From the NCBI GenBank assembly GCA_963783005.1, contig CAWALY010000003.1, forward strand, positions 52,705 to 116,704: a stretch of 64,000 nucleotides of DNA, in the 5' to 3' direction. Source of the stretch: an uncultured Actinomycetota bacterium. GTDB lineage: Bacteria; Actinomycetota; Actinomycetes; Actinomycetales; Cellulomonadaceae. Within the stretch, counting starts at the first letter, position 1. Every line of letters begins with the position of its first letter. The notes beneath the pieces were generated by a model. That model made no database searches. It worked only from the letters and a program-made list of their open reading frames with translations, and had not been told where the DNA came from. Positions 46,111-56,274 of the stretch are shown one piece after another. The translations under genes were made by a program, and so were the position numbers.

Positions 46111-47289
46111 TCAGGTCGCGACCGGCGGCCAGGGCGGCTCGCACCGCTGCGGGCCGAGCACGACCTGGCCGGGGACATAGGGACCGTCCCACCGCCGCAC
46201 CCGGCGGACCGGGCGGTCGAGCGGTGAGGCGTTGTCGTGGCGCGCCGCCCAGGTCAGGGCGGTCCAGGCGAGCTGGGCGCCACCGGGTGTGCGCCAGCCG
46301 ACTGCCGCGCCGTGCCGGCGCAGCGCGACCGCGATCGGCAGCCCGAGCGCGACGACCATCGCGACGACCGGACCGAACAGCAAGGGTGTCCGGCCGGTGG
46401 CCTCGGCCCACGCGTCGAGCGACACGACCAGCGCAACGCCGACGACGCCGACGTCCGCCCACCGGCCGGGGACGCGCACCTCGCGGTCCGGCTGGTCGGG
46501 CAGGTGCGCCACCCGGTCGCCGAGCACCCTTCGCACCCGCACCGCGACCAGCAGGGCCGCCGCGGCGAGCACGGCGGCGGCGCCGGCCAGCGCCCAGCGG
46601 GTCGGACCCACCGAGGCGACACCGAACTGGAAGTTCGCCGGGTACGCGAGCCCCGGGACGGGGACCACGGCGGGCATCGTGGGCGCGGCCAGCAGCGCGA
46701 GCACCGCCGCGAGCCCGCACACCGCGAGGGTCGCGACGAGCCGCGACGACGCCCAGCGGGCCGCCACCCTGGGCCGCGGCACACCCATCGCCACGTAGGT
46801 GCCGGGGAACAGCGGCTCGCCGGGATCGGCCACGAGGTGCTTCTCGCGCGCCATCCGCCGACCACGGCGGCTCTGCACGGCCGCCATGACCGCGGTCGCG
46901 ACGAGCCACGGGACCACGAACGACAGCGACGGCGCGCCCACGACGCGCGAGAACAGGACGAGGATGACAGCCAGGACAAGGGCGTTCCCCTGCCGCAGCG
47001 CGTACCAGCACCCGTCGATGTCGTCCGCGATCCAGCCGCGATACTCCCGTGGGAGTCGAAGGTCGAGGACGCGGTACCCCAGCCACCGGTGCGGCAGCGG
47101 CCGCCCGCGCCAGCGCACCGCCCACCCGGCCAGCAGCAGCCCGAGCGCCGACCGCACCCCGACCCGCGTCGCCCCCGGCTCCGCCAGGTCGGCCAGCACG
47201 CCGAGCACCTCGTCGGCGCGCTCGCGGCGCCACCGGCGCGGGTAGGCGCGCAGCCAGAACCTGGCGCTGCGCTCGAACTGCTCGGTCAT
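46111..47289 (-). CDS. Polytopic membrane protein of unknown function, downstream of PadR
   Basis: 392 aa with several hydrophobic helices, 49 bp downstream of the PadR gene on the same strand. I recognise no family. Confidence 0.6.
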   Translation of the reverse strand: MTEQFERSARFWLRAYPRRWRRERADEVLGVLADLAEPGATRVGVRSALGLLLAGWAVRWRGRPLPHRWLGYRVLDLRLPREYRGWIADDIDGCWYALRQGNALVLAVILVLFSRVVGAPSLSFVVPWLVATAVMAAVQSRRGRRMAREKHLVADPGEPLFPGTYVAMGVPRPRVAARWASSRLVATLAVCGLAAVLALLAAPTMPAVVPVPGLAYPANFQFGVASVGPTRWALAGAAAVLAAAALLVAVRVRRVLGDRVAHLPDQPDREVRVPGRWADVGVVGVALVVSLDAWAEATGRTPLLFGPVVAMVVALGLPIAVALRRHGAAVGWRTPGGAQLAWTALTWAARHDNASPLDRPVRRVRRWDGPYVPGQVVLGPQRCEPPWPPVAT

Positions 47290-47338
47290 GTCAGGACGCC
47301 CTCTGCGCGGAGGCCGACGCCGGCCTCACGCCCACGCA

Positions 47339-47674
47339 TCACGCCTCCCCGAGCGCCGGTCCGCCGAGCACGCGCCGTGCCCGCACGGTCAAGGCCGCGA
47401 GCCGTGCGGTCTCCGAGGCTGCCGCGGCGCCGCCCTGGGGGGTCTGGCGGTAGTAGCGGCGCAGCCGCCCGTCGACGACCTCCTCGCCCGCGTCCTCGAT
47501 CAGGCCCGCCGACCCCAACCGGTCCAGCAGCCCGTAGAGCGTGCCCGCGCCGAGCCGGACGTCGCCGGCGGAGAGTTCGAGCACCTCCTGGACGATCGCG
47601 TACCCGTGCCGGGGCCGGTCCGCCAGCGCGAGCAGCACGAGGTAGGCCTGCTCGGTCATCCGGAATCCAGCCAT
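47339..47674 (-). CDS. PadR-family transcriptional regulator
   Basis: 111 aa. YLVLLALADRPRHGYAIVQEV......V.LGAGTLYGLLDRL...GLIE is the PadR wHTH. Confidence 0.88.
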   Translation of the reverse strand: MAGFRMTEQAYLVLLALADRPRHGYAIVQEVLELSAGDVRLGAGTLYGLLDRLGSAGLIEDAGEEVVDGRLRRYYRQTPQGGAAAASETARLAALTVRARRVLGGPALGEA

Positions 47675-47677
47675 ACA

Positions 47678-47689
47678 CGATATATATCG
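47678..47689. promoter_or_regulatory. AT-core palindrome CGATATATATCG, 4 nt upstream of the PadR ATG (candidate operator / -10)
   Basis: A perfect 12-bp palindrome. On the minus strand the layout reads TTGTGC-17 nt-TATATA-6 nt-ATG, which suggests a leaderless, autoregulated transcript. Confidence 0.55.
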
Positions 47690-47715
47690 CGCTGCGACCT
47701 ATCGCACAAGAGACG

Positions 47716-48759
47716 TCAGGGCACCACCACCGTCATCCGCGGGTGGCGCGCCGTCCCCACCTCCGCGAGCGCCGCCGGCGCCTCGTCGAGCCCGACGACG
47801 CGGCCCAGCAGCCGCGCGGGGTCCAGCTCCCCCGACGCCACGCGGGCGAGCATCGCCGGGTACTCGTGCGCCGCCATGCCGTGGCTGCCGTAGACCTCGA
47901 GCTCCCACGCGACGATGCGGTCCATGGGCAGGGCGGTGAACGCCTGTTCCGCGAGCAGCAGGCCCACCTGGACGTGCCGCCCGCGCCGGCGCAGCCCCAG
48001 CACCGAGGCCACCGCCGCGTCAGGATGGCCGAGCGCGTCGAGCGACGCCGCGACAGGCCCGTCGGCGGCATCGACCACCTGCGCGGCGACCTCATCCGGC
48101 GTGAGCCCGGTCGGGTCGACCGTCACGATCGCACCCAGCTCGCACGCCGCGGCCCGCGCCGCCGGGCTCGGGTCCACGGCGACCACCCGCGCCCCGGCGG
48201 CCGCAGCGATCATCACCGCCGACAGGCCGACGCCGCCGCAACCGTGCACCGCGACCGCCTCGCCGGCCTCGACCCGCGCGTGCACGCCGAGCGCGCGGTA
48301 GGCCGTGGCGAACCGGCAGCCCAGGGAGGCCGCGACCGGCGGCGTCATGCCCTCGGGGACGGCCACCAGGTTGACATCGGCGTGCCGCAGCGCGACGAGC
48401 TCGGCGAACGAGCCCCAGTGCGTGAAACCCGGCTGGGTCTGCTGCTCGCACACCTGGTGCTCGCCGGCCCGGCACGCGGGGCACCGGCCGCACGCGCACA
48501 CGAACGGCACCGTCACCTGGTCCCCGACCCGCCAGTGCCGCACCGCACGCCCCGCGGCGACCACCGTCCCGGCCAGCTCGTGGCCCGGCACGTGCGGCAG
48601 GCCGACGTCGGGGTCGTGCCCCTGCCACGCGTGCCAGTCGCTGCGGCACACGCCGGTCGCCGCCACCCGGACCACGACGCCGTCGTCCGGGCACTGCGGG
48701 TCGGGCAGGTCCGCCACCCGCGGCGGCTCGCCGAACGCCTCGATCAGCACCCCCCGCAT
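47716..48759 (-). CDS. Zinc-dependent alcohol dehydrogenase (MDR family)
   Basis: 347 aa with GVCRSDWH, GHELAG, structural-Zn cysteines CACGRCPACRAGEHQVC, and GCGGVG. Confidence 0.88.
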   Translation of the reverse strand: MRGVLIEAFGEPPRVADLPDPQCPDDGVVVRVAATGVCRSDWHAWQGHDPDVGLPHVPGHELAGTVVAAGRAVRHWRVGDQVTVPFVCACGRCPACRAGEHQVCEQQTQPGFTHWGSFAELVALRHADVNLVAVPEGMTPPVAASLGCRFATAYRALGVHARVEAGEAVAVHGCGGVGLSAVMIAAAAGARVVAVDPSPAARAAACELGAIVTVDPTGLTPDEVAAQVVDAADGPVAASLDALGHPDAAVASVLGLRRRGRHVQVGLLLAEQAFTALPMDRIVAWELEVYGSHGMAAHEYPAMLARVASGELDPARLLGRVVGLDEAPAALAEVGTARHPRMTVVVP

Positions 48760-48766
48760 CGGCGCC

Positions 48767-49807
48767 TCACACCCTCAGCAGAACCTTGATCGCCCGGCGC
48801 TCGTCCATCGCCGTGTAGCCCTCGGGGGCCCGCTCGAGCGGGAGCTCGAGGTCGAAGACCGGCGACGGGTCGAGGGACCCGCCCAGCACGTCGGCCATCA
48901 GCTCGGGCAGGTAGGCCCGCGCCGGTGCGACCCCGCCGGCGATCGTCACGTTGCGCCGAAAGATCCGGCCGAGCGCGAGCCCCTCGGTGACCCCGTTCGG
49001 CACGCCGACGTAGCCGATCCGGCCGCCGTCCTTGACGATCCCCAGCGCGGTGTCCCACGAGCCCTGCATGCCCACGCACTCCATGACGTGCGGCACCCCG
49101 AGCCCGTCGGTCGCCGCGCGGACCCGCTCCACCGCGGCGTCCCCACGGACCTCGACGACGTCCGTGGCGCCGAACGAGCGCCCGATCGCGGCGCGGTCCG
49201 GGTGGCTGGACAGCAGGGTGATCCGCTCGGCGCCGAGCCGGTGCGCCGCGAGCACCCCGCACAGTCCCACGGCCCCGTCGCCGACCACCGCCACGTGCGA
49301 GCCGGGCCCCACCCCGGCACCGACCGCCGCGTGGTGGCCGGTCGCCATCACGTCCGAGAGCGTCAGCAGCGCCGGCAGCCGCGGGTCGTCGACGCCGACC
49401 GGCGCCGCGACCAGGGTCCCGTCGGCGTACGGCACGCGAACCATCTCGCCCTGGCCGGCCCCGGCCTCCGGAGGGGTGCCGTAGAACCCGCCGTGCAGGC
49501 AGGAGGTCTGCAGGCCGTGGAGGCAGAACTCGCACTCGCCGCAGCTGTACTTGAACGGGGCGATCACCAGGTCGCCGACCCGCAGGGTGCGCACGTCGGC
49601 GCCGACCTGCTCGACCACGCCGAGGAACTCGTGCCCGATCCGGCTGGGCTCGTCCGGCGGGGTCGTCCGACGGTAGGGCCACAGGTCCGACCCGCAGATG
49701 CAGGACAGCGTGACGCGTACGAGCGCATCGGTCGGTTCGGTCAGGACGGGCTCGGGGACGGTCTCGACGCGCACGTCGCGCTCCCCGTGGTGCAGCACAG
49801 CTCTCAT
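48767..49807 (-). CDS. Zinc-dependent alcohol dehydrogenase (MDR family), second copy
   Basis: 346 aa from MRAVLHHG (49807) with CICGSDLW, GHEFLG, CGECEFCLHGLQTSC, and GDGAVG. It is the 3-prime part of an artefactual 1082-aa ORF. Confidence 0.88.
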   Translation of the reverse strand: MRAVLHHGERDVRVETVPEPVLTEPTDALVRVTLSCICGSDLWPYRRTTPPDEPSRIGHEFLGVVEQVGADVRTLRVGDLVIAPFKYSCGECEFCLHGLQTSCLHGGFYGTPPEAGAGQGEMVRVPYADGTLVAAPVGVDDPRLPALLTLSDVMATGHHAAVGAGVGPGSHVAVVGDGAVGLCGVLAAHRLGAERITLLSSHPDRAAIGRSFGATDVVEVRGDAAVERVRAATDGLGVPHVMECVGMQGSWDTALGIVKDGGRIGYVGVPNGVTEGLALGRIFRRNVTIAGGVAPARAYLPELMADVLGGSLDPSPVFDLELPLERAPEGYTAMDERRAIKVLLRV

Positions 49808-49857
49808 GGCACCATCCTGGCCTGCCGCCGGTACCCGGCGCGCGCGGTCCGGGCCGT

Positions 49858-50181
49858 TCAGCGACGACGACGCCTGCGCGCCGAGCTGCCCGCCGGTCCG
49901 CCGCCGAAGATCATCGACAGGCCGATGAGATAGCCGAAGTCGTACCAGCCGCCGTTGTTGTGCACCTCGTAGATGCCGACGTTGCTGTTGAACAGCGACA
50001 CGATGAACGCGAACGGGGCGATGAAGCCCTGCCACAGGCCCCACCAGAATCCCACCGGGCCGCGCGTGGCACCGGCAGTGCCCACGAGGTCGTTGCCGCT
50101 CGCCGCGCAGGCGGCCAGCAGCACCAGGAGCGCGGCTCCCACAAGGGCCGCGCGGATCGCTCGTGAGGTGCGTGGTTCCAT
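49858..50181 (-). CDS. Small lipoprotein/membrane protein, unknown function
   Basis: 107 aa with lipobox LLAAC, a hydrophobic Trp/Phe-rich segment (GFWWGLWQGFIAPFAFIV), and a poly-Arg C-terminus. Confidence 0.5.
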   Translation of the reverse strand: MEPRTSRAIRAALVGAALLVLLAACAASGNDLVGTAGATRGPVGFWWGLWQGFIAPFAFIVSLFNSNVGIYEVHNNGGWYDFGYLIGLSMIFGGGPAGSSARRRRRR

Positions 50182-50274
50182 GGCCCCGATCGTGGCGCAG
50201 CCCCGACGCCCATGGGGCCTGTTTGTCGGCGCCGTCTCGCGAGCTGAGAGGGCGACAGCGCAGGTCGGACGTCC

Positions 50275-51762
50275 CTACAGGGCGCGGTGCGTCCAGCGGC
50301 CGGCCAGGAGGGTCGCGGCGACCGGCATGGTGCGCAGCACGCCGGGGTCGCCGAGCGGGTCCGCGTCCAGCACCGCCAGGTCGGCCGGCTGCCCGGGCGC
50401 GACGCGGGAGCGCACCGACGCGGCGAGCGCGACGGCGGCCGGCAGCGCCTGCTCGGGGTGCCACGGCTCGCGGCCGTCGCGCGTGCGGGTGACCGCTGCG
50501 GAGATCGCGAACCACGGCTCCATCGGGGCCACCGGCGCGTCCGAGCCCAGCATCAGCCGCACCCCGGCCTCGTGCAGCGTCCGGAAGGGGTAGCACCGGT
50601 CGGCCCGGTCGGCCCAGGTCGCGTCGATCGCGTCGCGGTCGTCGAGCAGGTGCTCGGGCTGCACGCTGGCCGCCACGCCCGACGCGGCGAACCGTGGGAC
50701 GTCGGCCAGGTCGAGCAGCTGGGCGTGCTCGATCGAGCCCTGCGCCCCGGTCCGCTCGAAGACGTCGAGCACGGCGGCGTTCGCTGCGTCGCCGATCGCG
50801 TGGATCGCCGCGTGCACACCGTGCCGCGCGGCCGCGGCCATCAGCGGCTCGAGCTCGGCGACGGGGACGTTGAGCACACCGGTGGTGGGCGTGCCGTCCG
50901 GCCCCGGGTACGGGTCGTGGCAGTAGGCGGTGCGGGTGTTGAGCGACCCGTCGGAGATGACCTTCAGCGGTCCCTGGGTCAGCAGCCCGTCGGTGCCCGG
51001 GATCACGTCGCCGGTGGCCAGCTCGCGGGCCAGGACGCCGTCCAGGTGGTCGCGCCAGACCCCTGCCGAGACCCGCAGGGCGCGCTGCCCCGCGGCGATC
51101 CGGCGCTGCCAGCTCCTCAGGTTGTCGGCGAGGTCCACGTCCATCACGCCCACCAGGCCGCGGGCCGCCGCGGCCCGCGTCGCCTCGTCGACCCAGGCGT
51201 CCAGCGTCGGCTCCTCGGGCTCCAACCGGCCGACCGACGCGAACCACGGCGCCTCGCGCACCACCCCGGACGGCACCCCGACGACGGCCGCCGCGACCGT
51301 GGACACCCACCCGCTGTGCAGGTCGCCGCACACCAGCACCACGCCCACGTCGGGGCGACCGGCCCGCGCCGCGGCGTCGTCCAGCACCGCGGCGGTCGGC
51401 GCGTGCGCCCACAGCACGTCGCGGTAGCCGTAGCCCACCAGCAACCCACCGGCCGGTGGGGGCTCGGCCCGCAGCCGAGCGACGACCAGCGCGGCCGCCT
51501 CGTCGGGCGAGCCGGCGGCCGAGACGTCCAGCCGGCGTCGGACGGTCGCCCACTGGCCGACGTGCGCGTGGGCGTCCCACAGGCCCGGCACCAGCCAACG
51601 ACCGGCGAGGTCCACGACCTCCTCGCCGCGCATCGGGTCGAGGCTCGGCTCGAGCGCGCGGATCCGCCCGTCGACCACACGCACGTCCATGAGCTCGCCG
51701 GGGACCGGCGCGGACGGCGCGTCCAGCGGCACCACCCGGGCGCCACGCAGCAGGAGGTTCAC
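50275..51762 (-). CDS. Amidohydrolase-family (Amidohydro_3) metal-dependent hydrolase
   Basis: The N-terminal LLLRGARVV...GLWDAHAH carries the HxH metal motif. AAIHAIGD and the C-terminal region are typical. GTG 51762 is favoured as start. Confidence 0.8.
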   Translation of the reverse strand: MNLLLRGARVVPLDAPSAPVPGELMDVRVVDGRIRALEPSLDPMRGEEVVDLAGRWLVPGLWDAHAHVGQWATVRRRLDVSAAGSPDEAAALVVARLRAEPPPAGGLLVGYGYRDVLWAHAPTAAVLDDAAARAGRPDVGVVLVCGDLHSGWVSTVAAAVVGVPSGVVREAPWFASVGRLEPEEPTLDAWVDEATRAAAARGLVGVMDVDLADNLRSWQRRIAAGQRALRVSAGVWRDHLDGVLARELATGDVIPGTDGLLTQGPLKVISDGSLNTRTAYCHDPYPGPDGTPTTGVLNVPVAELEPLMAAAARHGVHAAIHAIGDAANAAVLDVFERTGAQGSIEHAQLLDLADVPRFAASGVAASVQPEHLLDDRDAIDATWADRADRCYPFRTLHEAGVRLMLGSDAPVAPMEPWFAISAAVTRTRDGREPWHPEQALPAAVALAASVRSRVAPGQPADLAVLDADPLGDPGVLRTMPVAATLLAGRWTHRAL

Positions 51763-51816
51763 GTCGGCAGCGTAGAGGCCGTGCGCACCGCCCCGCGCGA
51801 CCCCGCGCACCACGGC

Positions 51817-54800
51817 TCAGGCGCCGAGCGAGGACGTCACCGCCGACTGCGGTGTCCTCTGGACCTGGCGCGGCACCTGCTGGCGAGCCCCGAGCGCGGT
51901 CCCGAGCACGGCGCCGGCCTCGGCGCCGGGAACGGCCTTGCCGTACAGCCAGCCCTGGGCGTTCGTGCAGCCCATCGACCGCAGCAGGCGCTCCTGCGCC
52001 TGGGTCTCCACGCACTCGGCGACCACCTCGAGCCCGAGCGCCCGGCCCAGCTCGAGGATCACCGTGACCAGCTCGGCGAGCTGTGGGTCGGACTCCATGC
52101 CACGCACGAACCCGCCGTCGATCTTGAGCACGTCGACCGCGAACTCCCGCAGGGTGTGCAACGAGGACTGCCCCGTGCCGAAGTCGTCGATCGACAGCCG
52201 CACGCCCAGCGCGCGCAGGTCGCTCATCACCCGGCGAGCCGCGTCGACGTCGGTGAGCATGACGGTCTCGGTGATCTCCAGCACCAGGTTCGACGGCGAC
52301 AGGCCGTGCCGGCGCAGCATGCGCGCGACGCCCTCGGCCAGCCCGGGGTTCCAGAACTCCCGGTGGGAGACGTTGACCGCGACGCTGGCCTCACGACCCC
52401 CGGCCTTCCAGGCGGCGACCTGGGCACCGACCTGGTCCAGGACCCACGCACCGAGCTCGACGATCCCCGGCCCGGACTCGAGCACCGGCAGGAAGGCGCC
52501 GGGCAGCAGCAGCCCCCGCACGGGGTGCTGCCAGCGCACCAGGGCCTCGTAGTGCGTCACCGGGGAGCCGTCCAGCGGCACGATCGGCTGGTAGTACACG
52601 ACGAACTGCTGCTCGGCCAGCGCGATCCGCAGCTCGTTCAACAGCCGGAGGCGCTCGCCGGCCTCGGCGTGCATGGTCTGGTCGAAGAAGGAGATCGACC
52701 CGCGCTCGACGGCCTTGGCGTGGTACATCGCGGCGTCGGCCTCCCGGAGCATCGCCTCCGCGTCGCGCGCCGTGCCGTCGGAGGTGGTGATCCCCGCGCT
52801 CGCGGTGACGCTCACCTCCTGGCCCTCGATGATCAGCGGCTCGGCGACACGTTGCTGGATGCGCTGCGCGACGGCGGCCAGGTCGTTGGCCTCGGGGTCC
52901 ACGAGCAGCAGGGCGAACTCGTCGCCGCCGAACCGTGCGGCGGTGTCGGCCGAGCGGATCGCGTCCCTGAGCCGGTGCGCGACCACCCGGAGCAGCTCGT
53001 CGCCGTGCAGGTGCCCCAATGAGTCGTTGACCAGCTTGAAGCCGTCCAGGTCCAGGAACAGCACGGCGCAGCTCCGGCCGGGCCGACGCTGGATCTGGCG
53101 CAGCACCGAGGTGAGACGGTCCAGGAAGAGCCGGCGGTTGGGCAGACCCGTGACGTGGTCGTACAGTGCGGCCTCGCGCAGCTGCTCCTCGAGCGCGCGC
53201 CGGTGGTGCACGTCCGAGACCGAGCACACCAGCCGCGACACCGGTGCGGTGCCCTCCGCAGTGCCCACCGCGGTCATCTGCACCCAGCGCGGGTCGCCGT
53301 GGCGCTGGGCGCGGAACTCGATCCGCACCGGCTCGTCGCGCCGGGACAGCGCCTGTCCCAGCGCCGCGGAGACGACCGCCTGGTCGTCGCCGTGCACCCA
53401 GGACAGGTCGTCGATCGCCGGGCCCTCGCCGGGCTCGAGCGCGAGCAGCTCGCGGGCCCGTTCGCTGATCCAGGGGTGGCCGGTCACCAGGTCCCACTCC
53501 CACAGCCCGTCGTTCGAGGCGCGCGCCGCGTCCGCGTAGCGCTTCTCGCTGTCACCGAGGGCGCGCTGCAGGCTCTGCGCGTCCAGCGCGGCGCCCAGCA
53601 GCGCCGCCCAGTGGTGGTAGGTCTCGCGGGTGACGGCGAGGTCGACACCGCCCTCGATCGCCAGCAGGCCCCAGCTCCGCTCCGGGGTGCCGACCGGCAG
53701 GGTCACGCAGACCCGCCCGGCCGACAGGTCCGCGGCCTCGACGAGCTCGCGCGGCGGGAAGGACCGCACGTCCATCGCCGTGCCGATCAGCGCCCCCCAT
53801 CGCTCGTCGTGGCCGTGCACTCCCACCACCTTCAGGCGCCCGTCGGACGGGTCGCCGACCCAGAGGCCGAGCACCCCGAAGGTCGATGCGGTCGGCGCCA
53901 GCCAGGTGAGCGAGCGCGGGTCCCCGCACCCGGTGCCCAGCAGCGCGGCGTCGACCGCGGCCTGGCCGTCGATCCCCCGGGCGAACGCCCCCGCCTCCGC
54001 CACGGCGCAGGCCTGCTCCACGCGCCGGGCGACGCTGTCCAGCGCGTCCGCGCGGCCGTCCGCACCCCTGGAGCGGACGTACGTGGTCAGCCGGCGCATC
54101 ACGGTGCGCAGCGCGTACGGCGACAGCTCCCCCCGCGCCAGCCCCATGAGCAGCTCAGCGGCCTCGGGCGCCTCCGACTCGGCGGACACCGCCGCGAGCG
54201 CGTCCGCCGCGTCCAGCACCGCGAGCGCGCGCTCGCGCAGGGCGCCGAGGTCCACGACCGACGGGCTCACGAGCAGCGGGACCAGGCCCGCCACCACGTC
54301 GTCGATGGGCAGGGCGTCGGTGACGCCTTCGGCCCTGGCGACGTCGCACCCGCAGCTGTCGCGCCGCACGAGCTGTGCGGCGGCCCGGTACACCCGGGGC
54401 TCGACCTCCTGCCCGGCTGCCAGGTCGAGCGCCAGGCGGGCCGCGACGGTCCCGACGTCCTGGAAGGACTGCTGGACGGTGGCCAGGGCCGGGGAGGTGT
54501 ACCCCGCCGCGTCGACCCCGTCGTAGCTCACCAGCGCGATGTCCTGCGGCACCCGCACACCGGCCTCGGTGAGCGCCTCGAGGACGCCGATCGCGTTCGC
54601 GTCCGTGCCCACCACGAGCGCCGACGGGGGCTCATCGGCGGCGAGCAGCCGGCGCGCGGCCTCTGCTCCGGCGCGGGCGTCGAAGGCGAAGGCCTCGACG
54701 ACGTGCTCCTCGCGCACCGCGAGCCCGTGGTGCGCCATCCGGCCGAGGAAGGCGCCCAGCCGTTCGGTGACGTCGGGCACCTCGAGCTCACCGATGAAGC

Positions 54801-55188
54801 CGATCCTGGTGTGGCCGTGCTCGACCAGGTGGTCCGTCGCCGCCTCGACGCCGCGCACGTTGTCCGGCAGCGCGACGGGTACCGAGATCGACTCCGGGCA
54901 CTCGCCCACCACGACCACGGGGATGCTGTCGTCGACCATGCCGGCGAGGTAGCTCTCCGGCACGGCCCCGATCAGGGCGATCACCGCGTCGGCACGGTCC
55001 CTCGCGAGCGGCAGCTCGTGGTCCAGGCGGGCGCTGGGCACCTCGCCGCCGATCTTCGGGTCGTCGGTGAGGACGACCAGCGCCCGACCGCCCGCGATCG
55101 CTACCTCGCGCGTGATCCCTGCGATGAGCGCCCCGTAGAAGTGGCCCCCGCTGGACGGGGTCAGCACGAGCACGCTGCATCCACGCAC
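51817..55188 (-). CDS. Multidomain c-di-GMP protein: LacI-type periplasmic-binding-fold sugar sensor (no HTH) - GAF-like - PAS - GGDEF - EAL
   Basis: 1123 aa. Residues about 1-290 match the LacI C-terminal ligand domain (IPVVVVG, PDNVRGVEAATDHLVEHGHTRIGFI, ALVVGTDANAIGVLEALTEAGVRVPQDIALVSYDG, LATVQQ). After a PAS domain come RFGGDEFALLL (intact GGDEF), YEALVRW, and the EAL motifs DDFGTG and KIDG. Confidence 0.85.
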   Translation of the reverse strand: MRGCSVLVLTPSSGGHFYGALIAGITREVAIAGGRALVVLTDDPKIGGEVPSARLDHELPLARDRADAVIALIGAVPESYLAGMVDDSIPVVVVGECPESISVPVALPDNVRGVEAATDHLVEHGHTRIGFIGELEVPDVTERLGAFLGRMAHHGLAVREEHVVEAFAFDARAGAEAARRLLAADEPPSALVVGTDANAIGVLEALTEAGVRVPQDIALVSYDGVDAAGYTSPALATVQQSFQDVGTVAARLALDLAAGQEVEPRVYRAAAQLVRRDSCGCDVARAEGVTDALPIDDVVAGLVPLLVSPSVVDLGALRERALAVLDAADALAAVSAESEAPEAAELLMGLARGELSPYALRTVMRRLTTYVRSRGADGRADALDSVARRVEQACAVAEAGAFARGIDGQAAVDAALLGTGCGDPRSLTWLAPTASTFGVLGLWVGDPSDGRLKVVGVHGHDERWGALIGTAMDVRSFPPRELVEAADLSAGRVCVTLPVGTPERSWGLLAIEGGVDLAVTRETYHHWAALLGAALDAQSLQRALGDSEKRYADAARASNDGLWEWDLVTGHPWISERARELLALEPGEGPAIDDLSWVHGDDQAVVSAALGQALSRRDEPVRIEFRAQRHGDPRWVQMTAVGTAEGTAPVSRLVCSVSDVHHRRALEEQLREAALYDHVTGLPNRRLFLDRLTSVLRQIQRRPGRSCAVLFLDLDGFKLVNDSLGHLHGDELLRVVAHRLRDAIRSADTAARFGGDEFALLLVDPEANDLAAVAQRIQQRVAEPLIIEGQEVSVTASAGITTSDGTARDAEAMLREADAAMYHAKAVERGSISFFDQTMHAEAGERLRLLNELRIALAEQQFVVYYQPIVPLDGSPVTHYEALVRWQHPVRGLLLPGAFLPVLESGPGIVELGAWVLDQVGAQVAAWKAGGREASVAVNVSHREFWNPGLAEGVARMLRRHGLSPSNLVLEITETVMLTDVDAARRVMSDLRALGVRLSIDDFGTGQSSLHTLREFAVDVLKIDGGFVRGMESDPQLAELVTVILELGRALGLEVVAECVETQAQERLLRSMGCTNAQGWLYGKAVPGAEAGAVLGTALGARQQVPRQVQRTPQSAVTSSLGA

Positions 55189-55350
55189 CAGCGCGCCTCC
55201 TCCGTGAGACCGGTACTCCCTGCCATGTCCTTCGGTTCATCGATCAGGGAGTTGAGGCATCGGGCCGATCGGTCCCGCGCCAGGCGGCACCGTCACCCGA
55301 TCGGCCGAGCCTGGGCCCGGCGCCGACCCGCTGCCGGACGGGCGCAGCGG

Positions 55351-56274
55351 TCAGGCGAGGTCCAGCGAACGCCCGGTGAGCAGGCGGAACGCCTCCAGGT
55401 ACCGGTCCCGGGTCCGGGCCACGACCTCGTCGGGAAGCGGCGGCGGAGGCGTGTCGGACGCCCGGTCCCAGCCGGACGCGGGCGAGGTCAGCCAGTCGCG
55501 GACGAACTGCTTGTCGAAGCTGGGCTGGGGGTGCCCGGGCTCCCATGCCTGCGCCGGCCAGAAGCGCGAGGAGTCGGGCGTGAGCACCTCGTCGCCGAGC
55601 ACCAGGGCGCCGGCGTCCGGCCCGTCGAAAGGCCGGCCGAACTCCAGCTTGGTGTCGGCCAGGATCACTCCGCGCCCGCGGGCGACCTGCTCGGCGCGCG
55701 AGTAGACCGCCAGCGTGAGGTCGCGGACCGCCGCCGCGTCGGCCGGCCCGATGGTGGCGGCGACACGCTCGAAGCTGACGTTCTCGTCGTGCTCGCCCAG
55801 CTCCGCCTTGGTCGCCGGGGTGAAGATCGCCTCCGGCAGCCGCGAGCCGTCCGTCAGCCCGTCCGGCAGCCGGACCCCGCAGACCGCACCGCCGCTGCGG
55901 TACTCGACCAGACCGGACCCGGCGAGGTAGCCCCGCGCGACGCACTCGACCGGCACCATCGTCATCCGGCGGCACACCATGGCGCGGCCGGCGACCGCCG
56001 CAGGTACGCCGTGCGGCCCGGGTTCGGCGGTGACCAGGTGGTGCGGCAGCAGGTCGTCCAGCAGGTCGAACCACCACAGGCTCAGCTGTGTGAGGACCAC
56101 GCCCTTGCCGGGCACCGTGGTGGACAGCACATGGTCGTAGGCGCTGATCCGGTCGCTGGCCACCACCAGCACCACGTCACCCTTCGGGTGTGGCGCCGAA
56201 GGGACGTACAGGTCGCGGACCTTCCCCGAGTAGGTGTGCGTCCAGCCGGGCAGCTCCGGCGCGGCGCCGGTCAC
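55351..56274 (-). CDS. purC: Phosphoribosylaminoimidazole-succinocarboxamide synthase
   Basis: 307 aa. YSGKVRDLY and [10 protein letters not shown] mark the long actinobacterial-type PurC. The GTG overlaps the purD stop. Confidence 0.93.
   Translation of the reverse strand: MTGAAPELPGWTHTYSGKVRDLYVPSAPHPKGDVVLVVASDRISAYDHVLSTTVPGKGVVLTQLSLWWFDLLDDLLPHHLVTAEPGPHGVPAAVAGRAMVCRRMTMVPVECVARGYLAGSGLVEYRSGGAVCGVRLPDGLTDGSRLPEAIFTPATKAELGEHDENVSFERVAATIGPADAAAVRDLTLAVYSRAEQVARGRGVILADTKLEFGRPFDGPDAGALVLGDEVLTPDSSRFWPAQAWEPGHPQPSFDKQFVRDWLTSPASGWDRASDTPPPPLPDEVVARTRDRYLEAFRLLTGRSLDLA

Noticed and set aside
44978-47233. 751-aa minus-strand ORF, and similarly 48767-52015 (1082 aa), 4347-6590 (747 aa), 15226-16815 (529 aa), 36641-38566 and 39344-41440
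   Set aside because: These are read-through frames lacking stops. Only the 3-prime portions correspond to real genes (purQ, ADH, DUF3073, permease, FabG4-like), judged by motif content and start/stop coupling. The upstream parts are junk or overlap other genes out of frame.
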